32,911 nt of DNA from a bacterium (GTDB lineage: Bacteria > Desulfobacterota > DSWW01). The notes beneath the pieces were generated by a model that worked only from the letters and a program-made list of their open reading frames with translations, made no database searches and was not told the DNA's origin. This document shows, piece by piece, positions 9,622 to 18,014 of this stretch (positions are counted from its first letter, which is position 1; each line of letters begins with the position of its first letter). The DNA is taken from positions 1-32,911 of the forward strand of contig JBFLZG010000121.1 of assembly GCA_040756235.1 (NCBI GenBank), in the 5' to 3' direction. The position numbers were made by a program, and so were the translations under genes.

Positions 9622-10179
9622 TCAGGAGACGAAACGTGAGCCTGCTTCGAAGCACTCCATCAGGGCCGTCGGATGGTTGCGGATGGCGCCTTTCTCGTCG
9701 AAACCGGCGAACAGGAGCTCACCCTCGTAACGGGCGCCGATCGCGTCGAAGAAGTACATGACCGTCAGGAGCGCTCCTTCGAAGACGCGCTTGCCGCGCG
9801 TGGCGGCGGCGCTGAGAAAGAAGCCCTTTCGCTCCGGGGGCGCTGCCTCGACCTCCCTCAGACGTCTTCCGGACCAGAGCGCCTGGGTCCGGTCGATCAC
9901 GAGCTTGGCCTGTGCGGTGATGCCGTAAAAGTAGACCGGCGAGGCAAGCACGATATGACTGCTCTCCTCCAGAGCGGCGTAGACGGTCTGCATGTCGTCC
10001 TGGAACAGACAGCGGCCCGTCTCGGCGCACCCGGCGCACGATTGGCACCCTTTTATCTGAAGCTCTGCCAGCCGGATCCGGCGCAGGGATGCTCCCGCGG
10101 ACTCGCATCCTCGCAGGAATCCCTCGAGCATGAGATCCGTGTTGCCCCCACGTCGTGGGCTTCCGAAGAGCCCCAGCAC
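9622..10179 (-). CDS. Flavodoxin-family iron-sulfur flavoprotein (Isf / NADPH-dependent FMN reductase family); true start probably further upstream (see findings)
   Basis: GSPRRGGNT, CxxCxxCx5C (CQSCAGCAETGRC), ASPVYF, KLVIDR. Confidence 0.9.
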   Translation of the reverse strand: MLGLFGSPRRGGNTDLMLEGFLRGCESAGASLRRIRLAELQIKGCQSCAGCAETGRCLFQDDMQTVYAALEESSHIVLASPVYFYGITAQAKLVIDRTQALWSGRRLREVEAAPPERKGFFLSAAATRGKRVFEGALLTVMYFFDAIGARYEGELLFAGFDEKGAIRNHPTALMECFEAGSRFVS

Positions 10180-10215
10180 GTTCCGGCGTCCGAGCGCGCC
10201 CGCGGTTGAGATGGA

Positions 10216-10674
10216 TCAGCCCTCCTTGTAGACGTTCTCATCGTACTCGCGCTCGAGCTTGAGCTTGTGGTACGCCTCTTCCTGGGCGAGCACTTCGAAG
10301 ATCTTCTTGATTTCCGGGGTCGATATGTAGACGCGGCTCAGGTCCAGATACAGGTCGAAGGCGGCCTTTTCCCTCTTTGCCGCGTACAGGAGGATGTCCT
10401 GGTAGCTGGAGTCCGGTTTGAGCTCCACGTCGACGAGGTAGTCGGCGATTTTCAGATCCATGACCTGCTTGATCTTCCGGGAGGCGAAATAATCGCGGTC
10501 CAGCCGCTCGAGCTTGGACTTGTGTCCTCTTTCCATGTCGGCCAGCTCCTTGAACAGGATCTTCCCCGAGGCACTCTCGGTGGCTGCAGCCATCTTGCGG
10601 TACAGCTCGAACGCTTCCTGTTCCTTGGTCACCGCGAACTGAATGATCTCGTCGTAGACAGGCTGCTTGCTCAT
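10216..10674 (-). CDS. Ferritin-like / rubrerythrin-family diiron protein
   Basis: Duplicated E..A..LY...LA..E..H motifs (KEQEAFELY...MERGH; REKAAFDLY...EEAYH). ATG at 10674 follows GAAGGAG. Confidence 0.9.
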   Translation of the reverse strand: MSKQPVYDEIIQFAVTKEQEAFELYRKMAAATESASGKILFKELADMERGHKSKLERLDRDYFASRKIKQVMDLKIADYLVDVELKPDSSYQDILLYAAKREKAAFDLYLDLSRVYISTPEIKKIFEVLAQEEAYHKLKLEREYDENVYKEG

Positions 10675-10691
10675 GAATCGCGCTCCTTCTC

Positions 10692-10738
10692 TCTGAAGAA
10701 CAACCGATCTGAAGAACAACCGTCTGAGGAACAGCCGA
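10692..10738. repeat. Three tandem 15-16 bp direct repeats TCTGA(A/G)GAACA(A/G)CCG(A)
   Basis: TCTGAAGAACAACCGA 10692-10707, TCTGAAGAACAACCG 10708-10722, TCTGAGGAACAGCCGA 10723-10738. Confidence 0.85.
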
Positions 10739-10828
10739 ACGATTTCTCTCCTGCGCAGCAGATCGATTTCGCGCTCGGGCACTCTCGGGACATGAGGAGG
10801 GTGGCCGCGATGCGGCGGCCGCGTACTC

Positions 10829-12217
10829 CTAATTGGATGCCGGAATCCGTTTGAAAATTTCGCCCACGAGATAAAACGAGCCGCAACAGAGGAGACAATC
10901 CTGCTGCGAGGAGCGCCTCCGGGCGTCTTCCAGGGCCTCGCCTGCGTTCCGCGTGACACGGCCGTCCGCGTCCGGGTCGATCTCCAGGAGCATCTTCCGA
11001 ACCACTTCAGGATGTTCGATTCTGGGGAATGGAAACGCGGTGAGCGTCCAGCGGCTGGCTGCCGGGGCCAGCAGCGCGAGGAGCGCCCGTATCGGTTTGT
11101 CTTTGGAGCACGCGAACACGACGTGAAGGTCGCGGAAGCGAAGGTCCCTTCGGACCGTCTCGAGAAGGGCCTCCATGGAGACCGGATTGTGAGCGCCGTC
11201 CACGACCAGGAGCGGGTCGCTCGACAGGATCTCGATCCTTCCCGGAAGGCGCACCCCGGAGACGGCTTCCCGGACGCGGTCGGGTTCCAGCCTCCCCTGC
11301 CCGGTCCTCTGCAGGAACAGCTCCGTCGCGGCGATGGCTGCCGCAAGGTTGAGCCGTTGATGGCTCCCGAGAACGGGGAGCCGGAGGTTCGGATAGACGG
11401 CCGACGAGGTGAGCACAGAGAAAGTCTCCCGGCCCCCCGATCGGCCTTGTTCCACCCGGATCTGCTCGCCCAGCCAGAGCAGGGGCGCTCCCACTCGCCC
11501 GGCCGTGAGCTCGAGGGCCGCCCGCGCCTCGGGCTCCTGGGGAAGGACGACGGCCGGGACTCGGGGCTTCAGGATGCCCGCCTTTTCGGCTGCGATCTCC
11601 TGCAGGGTGTTGCCCAGCTTCTCCATGTGGTCCATGCCGAGGCGGGTGATGACACAGGCATCCGGCAGGAACGTGTTGGTCGAATCCAGCCTTCCTCCCA
11701 GGCCCACTTCCACTACGGCCGCATCGACGGACCGGCTGCGGAAGTGCAGAAAGCAGACGGTCGTCATGATGTCGAAGTAGGTGGGCGCAAGAGGGGTATC
11801 CTTCAGGGCCATCAGAGAGGACCCGAGGAAATTCATCCACTTCAGGAACTCGTCGCGTCGGATCGGGACTCCCTGGATGCGGATGCGCTCCTCCATGGTG
11901 ACGAGGTGCGGGGACGTGTAGAGCCCGGAGGCGAGCCCGTGGGCTCGGAGCAGGGCATCGGTGAAGATGGCCGTGGACCCCTTGCCCTTGGTGCCGGCGA
12001 TGTGGACTCCCCTGAGTCCCAGATGGGGGTTGCCCGCCCTGTCGAGCAGCCCCTGGATGCGCCGGAGGTCGAACAGGTCGCCCGGGTGAGAGACCGTGCG
12101 CTCCATTCTCTCGTAGTCGGTGAATTTCGCCAGGAACTGCTCGGCTTCCCGGTAGGTTGCGAAGAACGCTTGGCCCGGGGAATCAGGCAGAACGGGAGAG
12201 CCGGCTGAGACAGGCAT
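10829..12217 (-). CDS. folC: Bifunctional folylpolyglutamate synthase / dihydrofolate synthase
   Basis: HIAGTKGKGST, YTSPHL...ERI, EVGLGGRLDSTN, DH..KLG, EKAGI, PGR, DGAHN, GSFYLVGE. Start uncertain. Confidence 0.92.
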   Translation of the reverse strand: MPVSAGSPVLPDSPGQAFFATYREAEQFLAKFTDYERMERTVSHPGDLFDLRRIQGLLDRAGNPHLGLRGVHIAGTKGKGSTAIFTDALLRAHGLASGLYTSPHLVTMEERIRIQGVPIRRDEFLKWMNFLGSSLMALKDTPLAPTYFDIMTTVCFLHFRSRSVDAAVVEVGLGGRLDSTNTFLPDACVITRLGMDHMEKLGNTLQEIAAEKAGILKPRVPAVVLPQEPEARAALELTAGRVGAPLLWLGEQIRVEQGRSGGRETFSVLTSSAVYPNLRLPVLGSHQRLNLAAAIAATELFLQRTGQGRLEPDRVREAVSGVRLPGRIEILSSDPLLVVDGAHNPVSMEALLETVRRDLRFRDLHVVFACSKDKPIRALLALLAPAASRWTLTAFPFPRIEHPEVVRKMLLEIDPDADGRVTRNAGEALEDARRRSSQQDCLLCCGSFYLVGEIFKRIPASN

Positions 12218-12667
12218 GGGACAAAACGTCTGCTTTCTGCACGCCAGAGTGTTTGGGCCTTGCGAATGGAACCGGCGCAGGAACGTATCCGGGGCTCGGC
12301 CCCTCCTGGTTCCATGAATATCGGAGCAGGCAGGGGAAGTCAATCGGGTCGGGCCGTGCGTTCGATGTTCGCCCGGCGAGTCGGTCCGTCAGGCGGTGCG
12401 GGAACATACCGCCGCGCTCGGGCACCCCTTGCTCCCCCCGTCTGCGCGCCTGCCCCGACCAAGGTCGCACGGCTGTGCTTGCAAAAGTACCCGGGCTATG
12501 GTAATTAATTTTTTTCTGCTAGTTGATCCTTCCGTTCGGCTGAGAGATCCTTCGATGCGATCGTGTTCTGACCCGGTGGTGCGGTGCGCAGCCGGCCCCG
12601 GATCTCTGTAGGCATGCGCAGGGGGGAGTGGTAGCGGGGAGAACGCGCGCCGGGATGACTTGCCGGA

Positions 12668-12696
12668 TTGCTTTTGAAGAGGCCTTGTGCTAGGTT
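12668..12696 (+). promoter_or_regulatory. Candidate sigma70 promoter for the fhs operon
   Basis: TTGCTT (12668-12673), 17 nt, TAGGTT (12691-12696) with an extended-10 TGn. Confidence 0.5.
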
Positions 12697-12713
12697 GAAT
12701 GAACGATCATTCA
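12696..12713. promoter_or_regulatory. Palindromic operator candidate TGAATGA-N4-TCATTCA
   Basis: Perfect 7-bp inverted repeat in an AT-rich patch, overlapping the predicted transcription start. Confidence 0.6.
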
Positions 12714-13026
12714 TCTCTTGAAGCCTCCGTGGTGGCGGGCGGGCGCGGCTCTTCCCGGCCAGGAAAAAGGGCACCGGAACGATCCTCCGCACGGTTGGTT
12801 CGGTTTCATCCTCGATCTGAGCTTGGGTAGCCAAGGGGGCGCCTTGTCCGAAGTCTGACCGGCTCACTCGAACGGTCGAACGCTCCGGCAGGCCCCGCTC
12901 ATCTGGACACCCTCGGGAGGCGCTGAACGCTCCGGACGCCGGCTCTCGTCTCGGGTTTGTCGTGACTCGGGTTTGTGCATAAAGGTCAGAAGTTCCATTT
13001 CCAAGAGCAGAGCAGGAGGTAGAGGC

Positions 13027-14814
13027 ATGGCAGAGCGACCCAAGTTGGATCCGACCAAGCTCCAGGACTGGCAGATTGCGGAAGCGTCCGAACCGTTCAT
13101 GAAGACGGTCTACCAGCAGGCGGATGAGCTGGGCCTGGAGAAAGAGGAGCTGTTGCCTCACGGGCATTACGTCGCCAAGGTGGATTTCCGCAAGGTCCTG
13201 GCGCGGATGAAGGACAAGCCCCAAGGCAAGTACGTCGACGTGACCGCCATCACTCCCACGCCCCTGGGCGAGGGCAAATCGACCACCACGATGGGCCTGA
13301 CTCAGGGCATGGGCAAACGCGGCAAGAACGTGATCGCCGCCATCCGCCAGCCCTCGGGCGGGCCGACCATGAACATCAAGGGATCGGCGGCCGGCGGCGG
13401 GCTCTCCCAGTGCATACCGCTGACACCATTCTCCCTGGGCCTGACCGGCGACATCAACGCCATCATGAACGCCCACAACCTGGCCATGGTCGCCTTGACC
13501 AGCCGACTGCAGCACGAGCGCAACTACGACGACGCGACGCTCGAGAAGCTCTCCGGCATGAAGCGCCTGGGCATCGACCCGACCAACGTGGAGATGGGCT
13601 GGATCATGGATTTCTGCGCCCAGTCCCTGCGCAACATCATCATCGGCATCCCGGGCGTGAACGGCAAGATGGACGGCTACATGATGCAGAGCAAGTTCGG
13701 CATCGCCGTCTCCTCCGAGGTCATGGCCATCCTCGCCGTCTCGACGGACCTCAAGGACATGCGCGAGCGCATGGGCAGGATCGTCGTGGCCTACGACATG
13801 AAGGGCAAGCCGATCACGACCGAGGATCTGCAGGTCGCCGGCGCCATGACGGCCTGGATGGTCGAGGCCCTCAACCCGAACCTGCTGCAGACGGTCGAAG
13901 GCCAGCCGGTCTTCGTGCACGCAGGGCCTTTTGCCAACATCGCCATCGGCCAGAGCTCCATCATCGCCGACCGCGTGGGACTCAAGCTGGGCGACTACCA
14001 CATCACGGAGTCCGGGTTCGGCGTGGACATCGGTTTCGAGAAGTTCTGGAACCTGAAGTGCCGCTTCTCGGGCCTGAAGCCGAACGCGGCCGTCATCGTG
14101 GCCACCATCCGGGCCCTGAAATGCCACGGCGGCGCCCCGATTCCGGTTCCCGGTAAGCCGATGCCCGAGGAGTACAAGTCCGAGAACGTGGCGTGGGTCG
14201 AGAAGGGGTGTGCGAACCTCGTGCACCACATCAAGACCGTGAAAAAGGCCGGTATCAACCCGGTCGTCTGCATCAACGCCTTCTATACGGACACCAAGAA
14301 CGAGATCAAGAAGGTCCGCGAGCTGGCCGAGGCCGCCGGAGCGCGCGTAGCCCTGTCCGAACACTGGCTCAAGGGTGGGGAAGGCGCACTCGAGTTGGCC
14401 GACGCCGTCATCGATGCCTGCAACGAGCCGAACGAATTCAAACTGCTCTATGGGCTCGAGATGCCGCTGCGCCAGCGCATCGAGCTCATCGCGAAGGAAG
14501 TCTACGGCGCCGACGGTGTGGAGTATGCGGCGGACGCGAAGAGCAAGCTCGAGAAGTTCGAGAAGGACCCGCAGATTTCCAGGCTCGGCATGTGCATGGT
14601 GAAGACGCACCTGTCCCTGACCGACAATCCCAGCATCAAGGGCGTGCCCAAGGGCTGGAAGCTGGCGGTCCGGGACGTCCTGATCTACGGCGGCGCCGGC
14701 TTCGTCGTGCCGGTGGCAGGAAAGATCAGTCTCATGCCCGGCACGGCCTCGAATCCGGCCTTCCGGCGCGTCGACGTGGATGCGGCGACGGGCAAGGTGA
14801 AAGGGTTGTTCTAG
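13027..14814 (+). CDS. fhs: Formate--tetrahydrofolate ligase
   Basis: [64 protein letters not shown] before ATG 13027. Confidence 0.97.
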   Translation: MAERPKLDPTKLQDWQIAEASEPFMKTVYQQADELGLEKEELLPHGHYVAKVDFRKVLARMKDKPQGKYVDVTAITPTPLGEGKSTTTMGLTQGMGKRGKNVIAAIRQPSGGPTMNIKGSAAGGGLSQCIPLTPFSLGLTGDINAIMNAHNLAMVALTSRLQHERNYDDATLEKLSGMKRLGIDPTNVEMGWIMDFCAQSLRNIIIGIPGVNGKMDGYMMQSKFGIAVSSEVMAILAVSTDLKDMRERMGRIVVAYDMKGKPITTEDLQVAGAMTAWMVEALNPNLLQTVEGQPVFVHAGPFANIAIGQSSIIADRVGLKLGDYHITESGFGVDIGFEKFWNLKCRFSGLKPNAAVIVATIRALKCHGGAPIPVPGKPMPEEYKSENVAWVEKGCANLVHHIKTVKKAGINPVVCINAFYTDTKNEIKKVRELAEAAGARVALSEHWLKGGEGALELADAVIDACNEPNEFKLLYGLEMPLRQRIELIAKEVYGADGVEYAADAKSKLEKFEKDPQISRLGMCMVKTHLSLTDNPSIKGVPKGWKLAVRDVLIYGGAGFVVPVAGKISLMPGTASNPAFRRVDVDAATGKVKGLF

Positions 14815-14826
14815 ATGGTTTCGTCC

Positions 14827-14861
14827 GGCGGCCCCTGCAACGGCAGGGGCCGCCCGGTTTT
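14827..14861 (+). terminator. Putative intrinsic terminator after fhs
   Basis: 12-bp stem GGCGGCCCCTGC/GCAGGGGCCGCC, AACG loop, short T run. Confidence 0.55.
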
Positions 14862-14890
14862 GCGGCATTTCCGGCCTACCCCCCAATCGA

Positions 14891-15072
14891 GAGCGTGTGC
14901 GAACACCCTCATGAGAGGCTGGTGAAGATGGCCAGATGCAAGGCGCGCGAAGTCCTGAGGAACGAGGCGTAATCGGGAACACGGTGGACCCCGGCCTTCG
15001 CCGGGGCAGGCTCCCCCCGCCTCCATTCGCCATGAGCGCAACGCAGCAGATGGCCGTGTATCGACAGCCTCT
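14891..15072 (+). repeat. Structured intergenic element, copy 1 (leader hairpin 14891-14910; core 14914-15072)
   Basis: AGAGGCTG..ATGGCCAGATGCAAGGC..GAAGTCCTGAGGAACGAGGCGTA..AACGCAGCAGATGGCCGT..CAGCCTCT; homologous to the copies at 23389, 24168 and 27407. Confidence 0.9.
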
Positions 15073-15087
15073 GAAAGGAGCCTGGTC

Positions 15088-15975
15088 ATGGCGGCAAAGC
15101 TCATCAGCGGTACCGAGATCTCCAAGCAGATCCGCGAGGAACTCGCCCGGGAAGTTGCGGACCTCAAGGCAAAGCATAACGTCGTCCCGGGGCTGGTCAC
15201 GATACTCGTAGGTGAGAATCCGGCCTCGGTGAGCTATGTCACGGCCAAGCAGAAGACCTCCAAGGAGCTGGGGTTCTACTCCGTGCAGGACAGCCAGCCG
15301 GCCGACATTTCCGAGGCGGCTCTCCTGGCGCTCGTGGAGAAGTACAACAAAGATCCCAAGATCCACGGCATCCTGGTCCAGCTCCCGCTGCCCAAGAGCG
15401 TCAACGAGACCAAGGTGCTCTACGCCATCGACCCGGACAAGGACGTGGACGGATTCCATCCGGTGAACGTCGGCAAGCTCATGATCGGCGAGGGCGTCTT
15501 TTTGCCCTGCACGCCGGCCGGGATCCAGCAGCTCCTGATCCGCTCCGGGGTCGAGACCGCGGGCGCAGAAGTAGTCGTGGTGGGCAGGAGCAACATCGTC
15601 GGCAAGCCCATCGCCAACATCCTCATCCAGAAGCAAAAGGGCGCCAATGCGACGGTGACGATCTGCCATACCCGCACGCGCAACGTGAAAGAGCACACGT
15701 TGAAGGCCGACATCCTGATCGTGGCGGCCGGAGCGCCCAAGGCGGTGACCGCGGACATGGTCAAGGAAGGCGCCGTGGTGATCGACGTCGGAGTCAACCG
15801 GATCGGCAAGACCGAGTCCGGCAAGGCCATCCTGTGCGGCGACGTGGATTTCGACGGGGTCAAGGAAAAGGCCAGCCTGATCACTCCGGTTCCGGGCGGC
15901 GTGGGGCCCATGACGATCACCATGCTCATGATGAACACGGTCAAGGCATGCAAGTTCGCGAACGGCCTGCTCTAG
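15088..15975 (+). CDS. folD: Methylene-THF dehydrogenase / methenyl-THF cyclohydrolase
   Basis: YVTAK, HGILVQLPLP, KDVDGFHP, PCTPAG, GRSNIVGKP, IDVG.NR, TPVPGGVGPMT. Confidence 0.97.
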   Translation: MAAKLISGTEISKQIREELAREVADLKAKHNVVPGLVTILVGENPASVSYVTAKQKTSKELGFYSVQDSQPADISEAALLALVEKYNKDPKIHGILVQLPLPKSVNETKVLYAIDPDKDVDGFHPVNVGKLMIGEGVFLPCTPAGIQQLLIRSGVETAGAEVVVVGRSNIVGKPIANILIQKQKGANATVTICHTRTRNVKEHTLKADILIVAAGAPKAVTADMVKEGAVVIDVGVNRIGKTESGKAILCGDVDFDGVKEKASLITPVPGGVGPMTITMLMMNTVKACKFANGLL

Positions 15976-16022
15976 GCCCGGACGCGACTGCCGCGGACTT
16001 GTAAGAAGGGAAACTCAGTCGA

Positions 16023-16826
16023 ATGGGATACCGAATCGCAGTGGGAGGCAAGGGTGGAGTCGGCAAGACCACCCTGGCCGCCCTGATCGTCCGCTCGCTG
16101 CTGAGGCACGGGAGAACCCCGATCCTGGCCGTGGACGCGGACCCGAACACCAACCTGCCCGAGGCGATCGGTTTGCCCACGGAGACGACCGTAGGCACGA
16201 TCCTGGCGCAGTTCATCGAGGACAAAGCCTCCATCCCCTCCGGCATGACCAAGGAGAGCTTCCTGCAGGTCAAGATGAACGCCGCGATCTCCGAGGGCAA
16301 GGGGATCGACCTGATCGCCATGGGGCGCGGCGAAGGGCCGGGCTGCTACTGCTATCCGAACCTGATGCTGCGCGGCTTCGTGGAGAAGCTCTCCGGGAAT
16401 TACGCCTACGTGGTGTTCGACAATGAAGCCGGCATGGAGCACCTGAGCCGCAGGACCTCGGAGCGGATCGACGACATGCTCCTGGTGAGCGACCCGTCCC
16501 TGCGGGGAATCCGCTCGGTCCGCCGGATCCACGAGCTCATCCGCGAGCTCAACCTGGACGTGGCCAGGGTCTCTCTGGTCCTGGCCCGGGCTTCGGCCCC
16601 GCTCGCTCCGGTCCTCGAGCAGGAGATCGCAGGGTGCGGCCTGCCCTGGATCGGAACCATTCCTGCGGACCCTCAGATCGAAGCCCTGGACCTCTCCGGG
16701 AAGCCGCTGATCGAGCTCCCGGACTCGAGCCCTGCGGCCCTGTCCTGCGAAAAGATCATGGCCGCCCTCCTGGACGGGTCATCGGACTCCGGCTCCGGCC
16801 GGGGGGACCTGAAGATACGTTCATGA
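16023..16826 (+). CDS. cooC: CooC/AcsF-family nickel-insertion ATPase (ACS maturation type)
   Basis: GKGGVGKT, DADPN, GRGEGPGCYC, DNEAGMEHLSR. Confidence 0.88.
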   Translation: MGYRIAVGGKGGVGKTTLAALIVRSLLRHGRTPILAVDADPNTNLPEAIGLPTETTVGTILAQFIEDKASIPSGMTKESFLQVKMNAAISEGKGIDLIAMGRGEGPGCYCYPNLMLRGFVEKLSGNYAYVVFDNEAGMEHLSRRTSERIDDMLLVSDPSLRGIRSVRRIHELIRELNLDVARVSLVLARASAPLAPVLEQEIAGCGLPWIGTIPADPQIEALDLSGKPLIELPDSSPAALSCEKIMAALLDGSSDSGSGRGDLKIRS

Positions 16827-16834
16827 ACGGAAAA

Positions 16835-16863
16835 TTGACTGCTTTCCGTGCCGCGAATAGAAT
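16835..16863 (+). promoter_or_regulatory. Sigma70 promoter for acsD-acsB-acsC-acsE
   Basis: TTGACT (16835-16840), 17 nt, TAGAAT (16858-16863). Confidence 0.75.
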
Positions 16864-17000
16864 TGGCCGAGATTCTGCAAACCCCGTCTGCGGCATCGCC
16901 CTCTCATTCCGGATGTTCCGCACGCCGTGCAAGCCTGAAGATGGTATTTCCGTCTCTTCGCCATGGCCCCGTCAACCCGTTTTGAAAAGGAGGAAGCAGG

Positions 17001-17945
17001 ATGGCCGTCGAGATTCCCAAGATTTCCTATACAGGCAAGATCAAGGCGATCCCCATCGGAGACCCTGCAAAAAATGTGAGGGTCGGTGGGGACGAGGCCT
17101 ACCCCTTCTACGCTTTTGAAGGCAAGTTCCCGTTCCGGCCCCGGATCGCCATGGAGGTCCCGGATACCGCGCCCCAGGAGTGGGCCGAAGCCGTTCTCAA
17201 GCCGTTTCAGGACGTGGCGGGCGATCCCGTGGCCTGGGCGAAGAAGTGCGTGAAGGAATACGGCGCCGACCTGATCGATCTGGAGTTGGTCAGCACCGAC
17301 CCGAACGGGCTCAACCGCTCGGCCCAGGACGCCGTGGAAGTCGTCAAGAAGGTGGCCGACGCGGTCGACGTTCCCCTGATCGTGTACGGCTGCTCCAACG
17401 TGGAGAAGGACAGCGAGGTTCTCCGCCTGGTCTGTGAGGCGTGCGAAGGCAAGCACCTCATCGTGGGGCCGGTGCAGGAGGGGAACTACAAGAAGATCGG
17501 TGCGGCCGCCATCGCCTACAAGCACACCGTCATCGCCAACACGCCGATCGACATCAACCTGGCCAAGCAGCTGAACATCCTTCTGGGCAACCTCGGCGTG
17601 CCGGAAGACAAGATCCTGATCGATCCGACCACGGGCGCCCTCGGATACGGCCTCGAGTATTCTTACTCGGTCATGGAGCGCATTCGCATGGCGGCCCTGA
17701 CCCAACAGGACGAAAAGCTTCAACTCCCGATCATCTCCAACATCGGCAAGGAAGTCTGGAAGATCAAGGAGGCGAAGCAGCCGGCCGCCGGCGCCCCCGA
17801 CCTGGGCGATCCCACGAAGAGAGGCATTCTCCTGGAGTCGATCTCGGCCGAGACGTTTCTCATGGCAGGCGCCAACATCGTGATTCTCCGGCACCCGGAA
17901 AGCGTGAAGCTCATCCGCGGATACATTCAAGCCGTAATGGGGTAG
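17001..17945 (+). CDS. acsD: Corrinoid iron-sulfur protein small subunit (ACDS delta)
   Basis: PRIAMEVPD, DPVAWAKKCV.EYGAD, PIDINLAKQLN, IDPTTGALGYGLEYSYSVMERIRMAAL. Confidence 0.95.
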   Translation: MAVEIPKISYTGKIKAIPIGDPAKNVRVGGDEAYPFYAFEGKFPFRPRIAMEVPDTAPQEWAEAVLKPFQDVAGDPVAWAKKCVKEYGADLIDLELVSTDPNGLNRSAQDAVEVVKKVADAVDVPLIVYGCSNVEKDSEVLRLVCEACEGKHLIVGPVQEGNYKKIGAAAIAYKHTVIANTPIDINLAKQLNILLGNLGVPEDKILIDPTTGALGYGLEYSYSVMERIRMAALTQQDEKLQLPIISNIGKEVWKIKEAKQPAAGAPDLGDPTKRGILLESISAETFLMAGANIVILRHPESVKLIRGYIQAVMG

Positions 17946-18014
17946 ACGGTTCAGGTTTGATCCTGTAACGGTTTCGCCACGAAGGCGGAGCATAGAAAGA
18001 GGGAGTAGGCAGAG

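Noticed and set aside
10675..11346. 376-aa version of the ferritin-like ORF
   Set aside because: The extension overlaps folC out of frame; the RBS and homology start at ATG 10674.
12955..12990. GTCGTGACT resembling the start of a ZTP (pfl) riboswitch upstream of fhs
   Set aside because: The following GGCG, the P2 stem and the 3' GCCTGGG pseudoknot hairpin are absent.
12505..15696. 1063-aa minus-strand ORF (likewise 16821-20189 -, 1308-4106 +, 4942-7401 +, 27684-29297 +)
   Set aside because: Antisense shadows of well-supported genes, expected from high-GC codon bias; no recognisable motifs.
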